The notes: a model not told the origin generated them from the sequence alone. DNA of 64,000 nucleotides from Nitrospirota bacterium (GCA_963703955.1 CAVPGK010000014.1:32001-96000); one strand, 5' to 3'; shown: positions 9,821 through 20,288, numbered from the stretch's first letter. A program made the numbers and translations.

Positions 9821-11608
9821 TCAGCAGTATTGGACATTGGCGCACGCCATCACCTGTTTGTCGCGACTCCCTGCGCGAAAGACCGTGATGCCCTTGCAAC
9901 CCAGACGATACGCCAGCCGCAAGGCCGAAGCAACCTCAGTCGGAGAGGCCGTAGCCGGCAGATTGATGGTCTTTGAGACGCCACTGTCGCTGTATTTCTG
10001 GAATACGGCCTGCATTCGAACATGGTGTTCGGGAGTCACATCGTGGGCGGTAACAAAGACACGGCGGATCGACGCCGGGATGTTCGTCAGGTGTTGGATT
10101 GATTCATTCGCGGCCACCTGTTCGATGAGACGGTTGGAATAGATCCCGGCGCGGCGGGCCTGCCGCGCAAAGAGCGGATGGACTGAGACCAATCGCACGT
10201 CCTCCATGACCGTTCTGACAAAACTAACCCCGTAGAGAGGTTCGATGCCTGGTGAGCAATCGGCAATGATGCTGATCGTTCCAGTCGGCGCCACCGTCGT
10301 GACCGTGGCGTTACGAAGCCGGTGGCCGTTCGACTCGATCCGGCTCCCTTTGAAGTTCGGAAAGACCCCACGTTCCTGGGCCAACTCTTTCGACGCGTCT
10401 CGTGCTCGTTCCCAAATGAAGCGCATCAGTCGCTCGCCGATTCGCAGCGCCCGATCCGAATGATAAGGAATGTTGAGCGTGAGCAGGAGGTCGGCAAATC
10501 CCATGACCCCCAATCCGATCTTACGGTTGGCTTTGGTGATCGCGGCGATTTCAGGTAAGGGATACTGATTGATGTCGATGACATTGTCTAGAAAGCGGAC
10601 GGCGATCGGAATCACCTGTGCCAAGCGGCCAAAATCGATGCGGGGGCGAGTCGAAGAGCGGGTGATGAATCGCGCCAGATTAATCGAGCCGAGGTTGCAT
10701 GATTCATAAGGCAGCAGCGGTTGCTCCGCGCAGGGATTTGTCGCTTCCATGGGACCGATGTGCGGAGTGGGATTGGTGGCATTAATGGTATCCAAGAATA
10801 CCACGCCCGGTTCCCCGGTGCTCCAGGCCGCTTCCACAATCCGGTCAAATACGACGGATGCGCGGATGCGGCTGACTGTTCGCCCGGTTCGCGGGTGGAT
10901 CAGGGGATACTCTTGTCCCCGGTCGAGCGCCCGCATGAATGCATCGGTCACGCCCACAGAAAGATTGAAGTTCGTCAATTCGTGGTGATCCCGCTTGATG
11001 TCGATGAACCCGAGAATATCGGGATGGTCGATGCGCAGGATGCCCATATTGGCGCCACGCCGCGTGCCGCCCTGTTTGACGACTTCCGTGGCCATATTAA
11101 AGACACGCATGAAGGACACCGGTCCCGATGCAATGCCGCTGGTTGAGGACACGGGATCGTTTTTTGGGCGGAGATGACTGAACGCAAAGCCGGTCCCGCC
11201 GCCCGACTGATGGATGAGCGCTTGGTGCTTCACCGCTTCGAAGATCGACTCCAGCGAGTCTTCGACCGGCAGGACGAAACAGGCCGACAGTTGCTGCAAC
11301 TCGCGTCCCGCATTCATCAAGGTGGGGGAGTTCGGGAGAAACTCCAGGCGGCTCATCATCACATAGAACGCTTGAGCGATCGACGCCTTGGTCCGCTCAT
11401 CTCCGCCGTTCAATCGCTCCGCTTCGGCGATATTGTTCGCCACGCGGCGAAACAGTCGCAGTGGGGTTTCAATGACCCGACCGTCGGCAGCCTTTTTCAG
11501 ATAGCGGCGACGAAGGACCGTCAAGGCATTCGCCGAGAGACGCGGCGCCGGTTGACCGCTTGACCGAGAATGGATGATCATCGCATGACCCGAACGAAAT
11601 GGATTCAA
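9821..11608 (-). CDS. nrdJ: Class II (adenosylcobalamin-dependent) ribonucleotide reductase
   Basis: '[10 protein letters not shown]', 'QLSACFV', '[10 protein letters not shown]', 'TNPCAEQPL', 'CNLGSINL', 'APTGTIS', 'GCKGITVFR'; no radical tyrosine pair; start uncertain. Confidence 0.9.
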   Translation of the reverse strand: MNPFRSGHAMIIHSRSSGQPAPRLSANALTVLRRRYLKKAADGRVIETPLRLFRRVANNIAEAERLNGGDERTKASIAQAFYVMMSRLEFLPNSPTLMNAGRELQQLSACFVLPVEDSLESIFEAVKHQALIHQSGGGTGFAFSHLRPKNDPVSSTSGIASGPVSFMRVFNMATEVVKQGGTRRGANMGILRIDHPDILGFIDIKRDHHELTNFNLSVGVTDAFMRALDRGQEYPLIHPRTGRTVSRIRASVVFDRIVEAAWSTGEPGVVFLDTINATNPTPHIGPMEATNPCAEQPLLPYESCNLGSINLARFITRSSTRPRIDFGRLAQVIPIAVRFLDNVIDINQYPLPEIAAITKANRKIGLGVMGFADLLLTLNIPYHSDRALRIGERLMRFIWERARDASKELAQERGVFPNFKGSRIESNGHRLRNATVTTVAPTGTISIIADCSPGIEPLYGVSFVRTVMEDVRLVSVHPLFARQARRAGIYSNRLIEQVAANESIQHLTNIPASIRRVFVTAHDVTPEHHVRMQAVFQKYSDSGVSKTINLPATASPTEVASALRLAYRLGCKGITVFRAGSRDKQVMACANVQYC

Positions 11609-11741
11609 GACTTATTATATGGTACACGGGGCTCAGAGACCATGCCCGCATCGGACAAGCGTACCAGGATGCGAGTCCGACCCTTATGGGCTTGCATCTT
11701 CAATATTATGTCGTGCAGAATGCTGCCAGGTTGAGCACGCG

Positions 11742-12155
11742 ATGAAGTCCTACCGCGAAGAACTCTGGTTCGAAACCAAGACCAGACGGGCTTACATCAA
11801 CATTACTCCGCAGGTTGAACGCGCCGTGCATAAGAGCGGCGTGCGCGAGGGGCTCGTTCTTATCAACGCGATGCACATCAGCGCCAGCGTATACATTAAT
11901 GATGATGAGCAAGGGTTGTTGAAAGACTATGATGCCTTCTTGGAGAGATTGGCCCCCCAGAGCGGCACGTATTGCCATAATGAGACGGGCGAAGATAACG
12001 GTGATGCCCATATCAAGCGGCAGATCATGGGTCGGGAGGTCGTCGTGGCGATTACGAACGGGCGGCTCGACTTCGGTCCCTGGGAGCAGATCTTCTATGG
12101 GGAATTCGACGGACGTCGCCGTAAACGAGTGCTCATCAAAGTCATCGGGGAGTAG
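11742..12155 (+). CDS. yjbQ: UPF0047/YjbQ family protein (secondary thiamine-phosphate synthase)
   Basis: '[10 protein letters not shown]', 'NGDAHIK', '[15 protein letters not shown]'. Confidence 0.88.
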   Translation: MKSYREELWFETKTRRAYINITPQVERAVHKSGVREGLVLINAMHISASVYINDDEQGLLKDYDAFLERLAPQSGTYCHNETGEDNGDAHIKRQIMGREVVVAITNGRLDFGPWEQIFYGEFDGRRRKRVLIKVIGE

Positions 12156-12296
12156 CCGTCTGGTGAGCAAGAAGACAACAACAAAAAACAAAAGTGTGGG
12201 CTTGGCTCTTGCCTCTTGAAAGAAAGTTTGGCAACATGAACACGCGTTTGGATGAACATCTCGTGCCTTACGGCATGGACGATGGAGGAGGGTCAT

Positions 12297-13319
12297 ATGT
12301 TTAGTAGCGCGCGGCCCGATCCCTTGACGCGCGATCTCATCCACCTGATCAACGCCCGTCGTCACGACCATGGCGACGCTGATGCGGCCGTTGAGACCTT
12401 GCAAGCCATTCTTGAGCAGGACCGCGAGCAAGATTTGCTGACGGTGCTTGCTGCGCTGGATGAGGAGATGGCGGAATGGATGTTCGATCTGTTGGCGGAG
12501 GCAGCCTGTTCGGTTGCCGTTGAGCACGATCAGGCAGGACCAGAAGATAAACCTACCTATGCCATTATGGCCGCGCTCGAGCTGCCCCTGCAGGCCGATC
12601 TCAGCTCGCCGCTTCGATTGAAGATCGATCCGGTCGCTACCGCTGACCTGCTGCATAAACATCTTCATCTGCCGGCCGGCACTGTCGTCATGGTGGAACC
12701 GAGACTGCTCACCGACGCTACCTTGGATTTGTTGACCTTGCACGGGTTAAATGAACACATCTCCTCGCTTGCCGATTCCCAGCGCCGTCATCCGATTGCT
12801 GCTCGCTTGCATCCACCCGTCGAATCAACTGCGTACTTGATTTTCGAGCTGATCGGCTCACCCGAATCCGGGTTGCCCGATTCGGTTGAGGAGCAAGACC
12901 GTCAGGCTCTTGTCGGAGGACTCGCCTCGCAGTGTTCAGAGTTGGCTTCCGCGCCGCAGATGCTAGAAGCCCCAGTCTATGCCGCCTATGCGATGTTCGA
13001 TGCGCAAAATGCCGTGCGGCTGCATCGGCTGGCCGATGAAACGATTGGTGTGTGGCGAGATCTCGATCCGAACGTGCGCGGTCGGACCATCGTGCATCTT
13101 CACACGCAATGCGGCAACGGAGTGTACATGCCGGTCTGGACCGATCTTTTTGACCCCGAGTTACCCGAAGACCACGGCCCGGTCTGGACCTCGCCGGATG
13201 TCTGGGTCTTCACCGCCGATCTCCCTATCGAGTGGCCCGGAGAAATGCTGACCAACCGGCTGCTCGCTGAAGGCTGCACCCGCTTCGAAAACCACATCGT
13301 GGAAACTCCGGAGAATTAA
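12297..13319 (+). CDS. Hypothetical acidic protein (340 aa)
   Basis: Long ORF, GGAGGAGG RBS before ATG 12297; no family recognised. Confidence 0.65.
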   Translation: MFSSARPDPLTRDLIHLINARRHDHGDADAAVETLQAILEQDREQDLLTVLAALDEEMAEWMFDLLAEAACSVAVEHDQAGPEDKPTYAIMAALELPLQADLSSPLRLKIDPVATADLLHKHLHLPAGTVVMVEPRLLTDATLDLLTLHGLNEHISSLADSQRRHPIAARLHPPVESTAYLIFELIGSPESGLPDSVEEQDRQALVGGLASQCSELASAPQMLEAPVYAAYAMFDAQNAVRLHRLADETIGVWRDLDPNVRGRTIVHLHTQCGNGVYMPVWTDLFDPELPEDHGPVWTSPDVWVFTADLPIEWPGEMLTNRLLAEGCTRFENHIVETPEN

Positions 13320-13523
13320 TCCGACCGATCACAGCAGTGAATCGTCCTACGTTCGCTTCTCTCGACCACCTTGGACCGTCCGGCCGCAGGCAGTGCGGAA
13401 TTTTCCACGATCAGGAAAGGAGGCGGCGCTTTGGCAACCGCCGGAGTTAGCTTGTAGGAGTTTAGGTGCCCGAATTCAAGATGCGACTGGAACTTACTGA
13501 AACGTCTCGTGACGCTGCCGGAG

Positions 13524-13922
13524 TTACTGCGTTCCGAATCCCCCGAAGCCGGGGCTCCCTAGGGGCTCAAGACCGCGGGGCGTGGGTTGAGGTGTGAGCA
13601 ACGGGAGAGGCGGCGGCTGAACCGCTGGTGCATGTGGGGCGGGGATGGCCGGAATCGTTTGCTTCGCGGCGGAAGAGCCGAAGTGGTAGATCGTACCTGA
13701 CTGTGTCTGTCCCCCTGGACCGATGAACTGCGACGTAGGGCCGAACTTGTAAGCCATGCCCATCGTGCCGTGCGGGTCCTGATAGACGCCGACTCCACCG
13801 AAATCGTATACCGTTCCCGTCGTCCCGTCTTTCCCCCGAAAGATCCTCATCTCACCGAAGGCGATTCCGGCCACCAATGAGACTCCGACGATCATTCCAG
13901 CAATGAGCTGTCGCATAGGCAA
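13524..13922 (-). CDS. Secreted Gly/Pro-rich hypothetical protein
   Basis: N-terminal signal-like hydrophobic segment; repeated 'GT(V/I)Y.FG' units; Pro-rich tail. Confidence 0.6.
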   Translation of the reverse strand: MPMRQLIAGMIVGVSLVAGIAFGEMRIFRGKDGTTGTVYDFGGVGVYQDPHGTMGMAYKFGPTSQFIGPGGQTQSGTIYHFGSSAAKQTIPAIPAPHAPAVQPPPLPLLTPQPTPRGLEPLGSPGFGGFGTQ

Positions 13923-14115
13923 GCCGTTAATTCACTATAACACTAGGAGATCCGGCAAACAGCTTGACTATCACGTTCCTTTCATAACGGAATTCTTGCG
14001 CGCGTTCGATCACTCCATCAGAAGGTTCTCTTGAGAAAGGGTGCCTCACGTGAAGCATCAGATGGATTTCAAGGTGAAAGTGACCTCACTCTCTGCCGGC
14101 ATACCGATGCCCCGG

Positions 14116-14475
14116 CTACTCCGCAACTCCCCCATAAGATCCCCAGGGCATGTAGCAATTGCAGGGGGCGCCGACCGCATAGGTGTACGACGTGGCCGGG
14201 TTCAACCAGCAGCGTCCCTGTGGTGTCACGCACCATTGCACCCATCGGTTTTGACCCTCTCCTGCTAGAATTCCCCAAGGGCTGCTGGGTGGGATGTTGC
14301 TCGATTGCTGACCGCACATATCTTCGACTTCAACCACCGTATACCCTGCCTGATGAAGTCGAAGTCGGTCCTGCACCGTGCATTCACCGCCTGCACTCTG
14401 CGCCTCGTAGGAAGCCGTCATCCCGAAGACCGTCGAGAGAGAGATCACGATGATAAGAAGAGATTGCCGTCTCAT
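14116..14475 (-). CDS. Small secreted cysteine-rich protein
   Basis: GGAGGA RBS, signal peptide, C-terminal 'CVTPQGRC...GAPCNC' motif. Confidence 0.65.
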   Translation of the reverse strand: MRRQSLLIIVISLSTVFGMTASYEAQSAGGECTVQDRLRLHQAGYTVVEVEDMCGQQSSNIPPSSPWGILAGEGQNRWVQWCVTPQGRCWLNPATSYTYAVGAPCNCYMPWGSYGGVAE

Positions 14476-14591
14476 ATTGTCCTCCATGGCTGGGTTTCCT
14501 GAGCAACCTAGGCAATTATACGTGGTATAAGCCGATCTTCGCAACCAGGCAAACAGGCCCGGACATCAATATGGTTTAGCCTTCACTGTCG

Positions 14592-15440
14592 TCAGGACGT
14601 CGCCGCCTTTCTCAATGGCTCCAAGAGCTTGCTCGGAACCTGCAAATTGCCGCGCCCGATTCCTACCTCGATGTCCGGCTTGGTAATGCCGTGGAAGTCG
14701 CTGCCCCCGGTCACCAACAGTTCCAGATGGCGGGCGATTTCCAAGTATTGGGCTGTCTGCTCCGGGCGGTGGGTGCTGTAGTGGACCTCGACTCCGGCCA
14801 GGCCATCGGATTTTAACCGGTCACAGATTTGGTAGATCCCTTCCGAGCGATCCAGCCAGGCGGGATGAGCGAGCACCGGGACCCCGCCGGCGGCTCTGAT
14901 CATGGCGATGGCTTCTGCCGGCAAGGGGAGCTCGCGGGGTACATACGCAGCGGCGCCATCGGCCAGATACCGATCGAAGGCCTCCTTGGCTGACTTCACA
15001 TACCCTTTGTTCATCAAGACACGTGCGATGTGAGGCCGTCCGACGGAATCCGTGTGAGCGAGCTGTTTGACCTCCTCGTAGGTGATCTCGATGCTCAAGC
15101 CATTCAACTTTTCAATAATGAGGGGGTTCCGCACATGGCGTGCGTCGCGAAGTCGGTTGAGATGATTCAACAGGGTCGTGTCCTTCCAATCGAGAAAATA
15201 GCCGAGGATATGCAGCTCGCTTGACCCGAGGCGTGAACTGATTTCAATCCCTGGGATCACCTCGATGCCGAACCGGCTGCCGGCTTCGATAGCCCCAGGA
15301 ATCCCGTCCACGGTGTCATGGTCGGTGATCGCGAGCGCGCTGACGTTGACTTTCCGGGCCAGTGCCAAGACCTCAGCCGGCGGGAGGCTGCCGTCGGAAA
15401 AGGTGGTGTGCAAGTGGAGATCAAGTCGGTCCATGACCAC
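14592..15440 (-). CDS. PHP domain phosphoesterase (TrpH/YciV-like)
   Basis: 'DLHLHTTFSDG', 'AITDHDT', 'GRPHIA', 'LAHP', 'TGGSDFHG'. Confidence 0.92.
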   Translation of the reverse strand: MVMDRLDLHLHTTFSDGSLPPAEVLALARKVNVSALAITDHDTVDGIPGAIEAGSRFGIEVIPGIEISSRLGSSELHILGYFLDWKDTTLLNHLNRLRDARHVRNPLIIEKLNGLSIEITYEEVKQLAHTDSVGRPHIARVLMNKGYVKSAKEAFDRYLADGAAAYVPRELPLPAEAIAMIRAAGGVPVLAHPAWLDRSEGIYQICDRLKSDGLAGVEVHYSTHRPEQTAQYLEIARHLELLVTGGSDFHGITKPDIEVGIGRGNLQVPSKLLEPLRKAATS

Positions 15441-15479
15441 GCTCGTGTCGTCGATGCGTTTGATGCCGCTGTTGCCCGT

Positions 15480-16403
15480 TCATCGTTCTTTCTGGGCGAG
15501 GAGTCTCGCCGTGAAAGCGGGCCGAGGGTCGCGTCCTGTTCCATGCTCACCCTCCTCATAATGCAGCACGCGAAGCCCCGCTGCGAGTCGCAAGAGTTCG
15601 TTGTGCGTCAGACAGAACTCGCGACGGCTGGGATGGTGGTAGCGGAGATGATTCTCGATCAAGAAGGTTTCATACATCAGAACGCCCCCGGGCTTGAGGG
15701 CTTGAAAAAGGGCCGGGAGGATTGGACGGTAGAGATAAAAGAACACCATGATGGCGTCGTATTGCTCTTTCTGCAGATCTGGCGATCGATCCGGATCTTG
15801 CTCCAGGTCCATCATTCGTATGGTCACCCGCTCCAGATTCCTTTGCCGGGCCTGTCTGGCGAGTTCTCCCAATGCCTGCTCGTCGCGATCGATGGCTTCG
15901 ACGGAATATCCCTGTGTCGCAAGAAACAGAGAGTTCCGGCCGTGGCCTGCGGCTAGGTCGAGCACGTCGCCCTTGGGAAGCTTTTGCCAGTGATCCAGAA
16001 GAAAGCGAGCGGGTTTCGGTTCCGGGAGTTGGTCTGCTCGTGTGCGGTGAAGTCGGACACCGGCTGATCCCTGCACTCCTTTCACGGGGGGCTTGAGCTT
16101 TCTCACCCAGAGACGCACTCCCGAAATCGGAAATTCCGAAAAGAGCCTCCCGCTGATCCGCTCCGCCAACGTTTCCAAGAGGCGAAACTCCTGCTCTCGG
16201 CCAGCTTGGATGACCCGCTCGGCGACGCGGGAGTAATCCACAGCCTGGGCAATATCATCGGCCTCGACAACGGTCTGAAGGGCATAATCAGGGTAGTCGA
16301 GCTCTAGATCGACTCCAATGGGTTGGGCGATCCGACGCTCTTCGACTGTCACGCCGATATGGGCTTGAAATTCGAGGTGTTCGAGAACCAGTCTGTCAAC
16401 CAT
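15480..16403 (-). CDS. folB: Dihydroneopterin aldolase fused to a class I SAM methyltransferase (TehB-like)
   Basis: N-half 'HIGVTVEER..AQ...VDL', 'VDYS', 'LLETLAERI', 'VRKLKPP'; C-half 'VLDLAAGHGRNSLFLA', 'LKPGG'. Confidence 0.85.
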   Translation of the reverse strand: MVDRLVLEHLEFQAHIGVTVEERRIAQPIGVDLELDYPDYALQTVVEADDIAQAVDYSRVAERVIQAGREQEFRLLETLAERISGRLFSEFPISGVRLWVRKLKPPVKGVQGSAGVRLHRTRADQLPEPKPARFLLDHWQKLPKGDVLDLAAGHGRNSLFLATQGYSVEAIDRDEQALGELARQARQRNLERVTIRMMDLEQDPDRSPDLQKEQYDAIMVFFYLYRPILPALFQALKPGGVLMYETFLIENHLRYHHPSRREFCLTHNELLRLAAGLRVLHYEEGEHGTGRDPRPAFTARLLAQKER

Positions 16404-16585
16404 GGTGTTCAGTTCCAGGGCTATGAGCCATTCTCATCGATAGGATTCCACAGAGTCAAGCTAAAGGGACTCACTCGGGTTGTTTGTAACTATTTGATGT
16501 CCCAATGCTTTTAAGCTCTGGCACCTCGTCACCATTTTAGAGTACAATGCACCTCGAAAGCCGTTCTATTTCAAGGAGTAACCCC

Positions 16586-16927
16586 ATGTTGGCCAAAAAC
16601 ATGCGCGATGGTGCCCAGGAGCAGACAGAGATTGAACTTCGGCAGCGTGCATTGAAATCTTTACTGGCTATGCGACAGAAACAGCTTCGCGAGTCCCTCG
16701 ATCACCGAATCAAGCGAGCTTGGAAAGAAGGGGAAGGGCAAAACCTGACGCGTGCGGAATGGGCAAGTTTACATAAGCAGGAGATTGCTCATGCCCGTGT
16801 GCAACTGGCGGATTTGCAACTGCAGAGTGTACGCACGAAAGGGCAGTTGAGCAAGTTAAAACGCGCAATGAACCGGGCAAGACGACTTCGGGCTTCTCAG
16901 TCTTCTACTTCCAGAAAACGGAAATAA
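16586..16927 (+). CDS. Basic coiled-coil hypothetical protein
   Basis: AAGGAG RBS before ATG 16586; K/R/Q-rich helical sequence. Confidence 0.55.
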   Translation: MLAKNMRDGAQEQTEIELRQRALKSLLAMRQKQLRESLDHRIKRAWKEGEGQNLTRAEWASLHKQEIAHARVQLADLQLQSVRTKGQLSKLKRAMNRARRLRASQSSTSRKRK

Positions 16928-17007
16928 GGTTCCCCGCCATCTCGTTTGATTTACTAAGCGCCGAAGCCGGTGGTCGGATCAACTAAAGGCATTCATTTCT
17001 CAAGGAA

Positions 17008-17499
17008 ATGGCCGAACTTACCCATTTCAATGATTCCGGCAGGGCCCGCATGGTCGATGTATCGGGGAAGAACTCGACCGAGCGAGTCGCCACGGCGCAA
17101 GGCCGGGTCTGGCTGAAACCGGAAACGTTGGAGAAGATCCAACGGGGGAAGATTGCCAAGGGCGACGTGCTCGCGGTTGCACAGGTGGCCGGGGTCATGG
17201 GCGCTAAACGCACCCCCGACCTCATCCCCATGTGCCATCCCGTCTTGATCACCAGCGTCGACATCGGATTCAAAGAGGAACCTCAACCAGACCGGCAAGG
17301 ACTCTGCTCGATTACGATCAGCGCGACAGCGAAAACCATGGGGCAAACGGGCGTCGAAATGGAGGCGATGACCGCCGTCTCCGTGGCTGCGCTTACCATC
17401 TATGATATGTGCAAGGCCGTCGACAAGGGGATCACCTTCAGCGACATCTGCCTTGTCTCGAAGTCCGGTGGAAAATCAGGCACCTATGCACGTCCTTAG
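17008..17499 (+). CDS. moaC: Cyclic pyranopterin monophosphate synthase
   Basis: 'LTHF...GRARMVDVSGK', 'KGDVL', 'LIPMCHP', 'TGVEMEA', 'IYDMCKAVD', 'KSGGKSG'. Confidence 0.96.
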   Translation: MAELTHFNDSGRARMVDVSGKNSTERVATAQGRVWLKPETLEKIQRGKIAKGDVLAVAQVAGVMGAKRTPDLIPMCHPVLITSVDIGFKEEPQPDRQGLCSITISATAKTMGQTGVEMEAMTAVSVAALTIYDMCKAVDKGITFSDICLVSKSGGKSGTYARP

Positions 17500-17513
17500 G
17501 GCGATATGACCAC

Positions 17514-18218
17514 ATGATGGTCACGATCAAACTGTTCGGTCTCATGAAAAGCCTCGCCGGCAACCGAACCGACATCTCGGTCGCGCTCAACGGCGCCCGC
17601 ACTATGAAAAATTTGCTCTCCACGCTCGAACCGGCGTATCCTCAAATTGCCGAACTGATTGACAAGAAGAAGGTTCTGGTATCGGTGAACCACGAGATTG
17701 CACGGGACGACACTGAGATTCGAGAAGGCGACGAAGTCGCATTGCTTCCGCCATTTGCTGGGGGGACGGACCAGGGGGCGACCCTCTTCGACGAGGCCAT
17801 GCTGGTTCGCGTGCAGCGTGAAAATTTTTCGATTGATGCCGAGATCGACCGAGTGCGACGACGTTCCAACCGGATCGGAGGGATTGCGACTTTCCTGGGC
17901 ACCGCGCGAGATCGTTCGAAGGGCCGTGACGTCAGTGGAATTACGTTCGAGCATTACGAAGGAATGGCGCAAAAGAAACTGAGGGAGATCCGGGAACGCG
18001 CTCTGAAAGATTTTGATGTCATTGAGGTGCTGATCCTGCACCGTTATGGCGCGATTGAGATCAGCGAGAACATTGTGCTGATTGTTGTCGGAGCGGAGCA
18101 CAGAGCGGACGCGTTCAGGGCCTGCCAGTGGTGCATCGATGAGCTGAAGCAGATCACTCCAATCTGGAAATTGGAACAGACGCCGGAAGGGCAGGTGTGG
18201 GTCGAGGAGCATCCATGA
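17514..18218 (+). CDS. Molybdopterin synthase MoaD-MoaE fusion (MoaX-like)
   Basis: Ubiquitin-like 'GDEVALLPPFAGG' followed in frame by MoaE 'GGIATFLGTAR', 'HRYG', 'HRADAF', 'IDELK..PIWK'. Confidence 0.92.
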   Translation: MMVTIKLFGLMKSLAGNRTDISVALNGARTMKNLLSTLEPAYPQIAELIDKKKVLVSVNHEIARDDTEIREGDEVALLPPFAGGTDQGATLFDEAMLVRVQRENFSIDAEIDRVRRRSNRIGGIATFLGTARDRSKGRDVSGITFEHYEGMAQKKLREIRERALKDFDVIEVLILHRYGAIEISENIVLIVVGAEHRADAFRACQWCIDELKQITPIWKLEQTPEGQVWVEEHP

Positions 18219-19279
18219 ATCCTGTTTCCGTGGAGAGTCCAGCCCCACTGACGGTCGATGCCTTCGGCCGTCCACTGCGCAGCCTACGAATTTCCGTTAC
18301 GGATCGATGTAACCTGCGATGCAGGTACTGCATGCCGGAAGAGGAGTACGCGTGGCTTCCCCGGGAGACCCTGTTCTCCTTTGAAGAGATCAACACCATC
18401 ACGGCTTTGTTCACGGAAATCGGCGTCGACAAAGTCCGCTTGACGGGAGGAGAACCGCTCCTGCGTAGAGACCTCACGGTCCTGATACGAATGCTCGCCA
18501 AGAATCGCCGTCTCAAAGATATCGCTTTGACGACGAACGGCATCCTCTTGGGTGAGCAGGCGCAGTCGCTCTATGACGCAGGATTACATCGCGTAACCGT
18601 CAGCCTCGATACGCTGAGGGCCGAACGCTTTCGCTTGCTCACCCGGCGCGACAGTTTTGACAGAGTTCTGGAGGGTATCGGCACGGTCGTGAAAGTCGGG
18701 TTTCCAGCCCTCAAGCTCGACAGCGTGGCGATTCGTGGATTCAACGATGACGAACTGGTGGATCTGATAGAGTACGGCAAACGGGTGACCGCTGAAGTCC
18801 GATTCATCGAGTATATGGATGTCGGCGGGGCAACCGACTGGTCGATGGATAAAGTCCTCTCTCGAGTGGCCATCCTTGACATCCTGGCCCGGCGGTACGG
18901 AAGGATTGAGCCGATCTGCGAAGACAGCTCCGCGCCGGCACAGCGATTCCGTTTGTCGGATGGCGCAACCTTCGGGATCATTCCTTCAACGACGATGCCG
19001 TTTTGCTCGTCCTGCGATCGGAGCCGGATCACGGCCGATGGTTTCTGGTATCTCTGTCTCTATGCCAAAGACGGCATTGACCTTCGGGGGCCCCTGCGGG
19101 GCGGCGCTTCGAGGGATGAGATCAAAGCCCTCATTCTTTCCGCGTGGCAAGGGCGCAGGGATCGAGGGGCGGAGGAGCGAAAAGCTCTCGAACGACTCGG
19201 TCTACGAGAGGATCGATTGATCGAGATCGATCAACTTCGTGAGGATCCTCACCTCGAGATGCACGCCAGAGGTGGATGA
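18215..19279 (+). CDS. moaA: GTP 3',8-cyclase (radical SAM)
   Basis: 'LRISVTDRCNLRCRYCMP', 'RLTGGEP', 'FCSSCDRSRIT..G..YLCL', C-terminal GG; ATGA overlap with moaDE. Confidence 0.96.
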   Translation: MNPVSVESPAPLTVDAFGRPLRSLRISVTDRCNLRCRYCMPEEEYAWLPRETLFSFEEINTITALFTEIGVDKVRLTGGEPLLRRDLTVLIRMLAKNRRLKDIALTTNGILLGEQAQSLYDAGLHRVTVSLDTLRAERFRLLTRRDSFDRVLEGIGTVVKVGFPALKLDSVAIRGFNDDELVDLIEYGKRVTAEVRFIEYMDVGGATDWSMDKVLSRVAILDILARRYGRIEPICEDSSAPAQRFRLSDGATFGIIPSTTMPFCSSCDRSRITADGFWYLCLYAKDGIDLRGPLRGGASRDEIKALILSAWQGRRDRGAEERKALERLGLREDRLIEIDQLREDPHLEMHARGG

Positions 19280-19374
19280 ATGCGCGCGACGTAGGATTCA
19301 CCTGTCTTCGTCTCGCCTCAGAGCCGACTGCCTCTACTCGTTCTATCCCCGCGAATATTTTCAGGAACGGTCTC

Positions 19375-20082
19375 ATGCCTGATATTCAGTTTTTCACCGT
19401 GTTGGGCCTCGGTTTTCTCCTTGGGGCTCGTCATGCGTTGGACGCTGATCATGTAGCCGCGGTGTCCACGATGCTGTCGCAACGTCCTAGCCTCCGTGCG
19501 TCCGGTCTCATCGGGTTCTCGTGGGGTTTTGGGCATACGGTGGTGCTCTTGCTGGTGGGCCTGGCGGTCATCCTGCTGAAGATCAGCATTCCTGCGCGAC
19601 TGGCAATGGCGTGCGAATTTGTTGTGGGGATGATGCTAGTCGGCCTGGGCAGTTCGCTGGCGTGGACCCTTTATCGAGAGCGATGGCATGTGCACGCGCA
19701 CCGGCATGACGGGGCGACTCATTTGCACTTACATAGCCATGGGGTTCACACCGACCACGGTCATGAGCATTGGCTCAGGGTTTCTCTTCGACCGTTTCTC
19801 GTCGGCATGGTCCATGGGCTGGCGGGATCTGCAGCCCTCATGTTCATGGTCTTGTCCACGGTTCGCACCTTGTGGGAAGGAATCGCCTACATCCTCGTCT
19901 TCGGAATCGGTTCTATCGTCGGGATGATGCTCCTGGGTGTGCTCATCAGCCTCCCTCTTGTCTTGTCGGCTTCGCTCGGCCGGCGTGCACAGCTGGCGGT
20001 GCAGGGGCTGGCGAGTCTGGGAAGCGTAGGCCTTGGCTTCGTCATGATCATCCGGATCGCCTTGGGAGAGGGTGGGTTGTAG
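19375..20082 (+). CDS. NiCoT/UreH-like His-rich nickel/cobalt transporter
   Basis: 'RHALDADHVAAV', 'WGFGHT', His-rich loop, 'GMVHGLAGS'; multiple TM helices. Confidence 0.82.
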   Translation: MPDIQFFTVLGLGFLLGARHALDADHVAAVSTMLSQRPSLRASGLIGFSWGFGHTVVLLLVGLAVILLKISIPARLAMACEFVVGMMLVGLGSSLAWTLYRERWHVHAHRHDGATHLHLHSHGVHTDHGHEHWLRVSLRPFLVGMVHGLAGSAALMFMVLSTVRTLWEGIAYILVFGIGSIVGMMLLGVLISLPLVLSASLGRRAQLAVQGLASLGSVGLGFVMIIRIALGEGGL

Positions 20083-20259
20083 CAGAGTGCATGATGAACG
20101 CCTCGTGCGCCAGCCGACCCTCTCGACCAAGCTCCTCCTGTTCAGTGAATCGGCTGTCTCGCCATCGCGGTGGCGTCAGAAGATGTGACGCGAGTTATTT
20201 TCTCGCGTCGCAGGGCTGGCGACGGCATTCATGACCGATCCGGGCTGTCTCCCCCCGTG

Positions 20260-20288
20260 TTGACAGGCTCTTATCCGCTAGGTAAAGT
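20260..20288 (+). promoter_or_regulatory. Putative sigma-70 promoter
   Basis: TTGACA-N17-TAAAGT. Confidence 0.55.

Noticed and set aside
11609..11715. NrdR boxes upstream of nrdJ (ACTTATTATATGGTA; CAATATTATG)
   Set aside because: Only partial matches, and not in the usual closely spaced tandem arrangement
11706..12743. 345-aa minus-strand ORF and other long antisense ORFs (e.g. 1953-2771, 22760-23677, 26738-27787)
   Set aside because: Shadows of well-supported genes on the opposite strand, with no motifs
16928..17007. Moco riboswitch before moaC, and cobalamin riboswitch near nrdJ or the BtuF-like gene
   Set aside because: Conserved core motifs not seen
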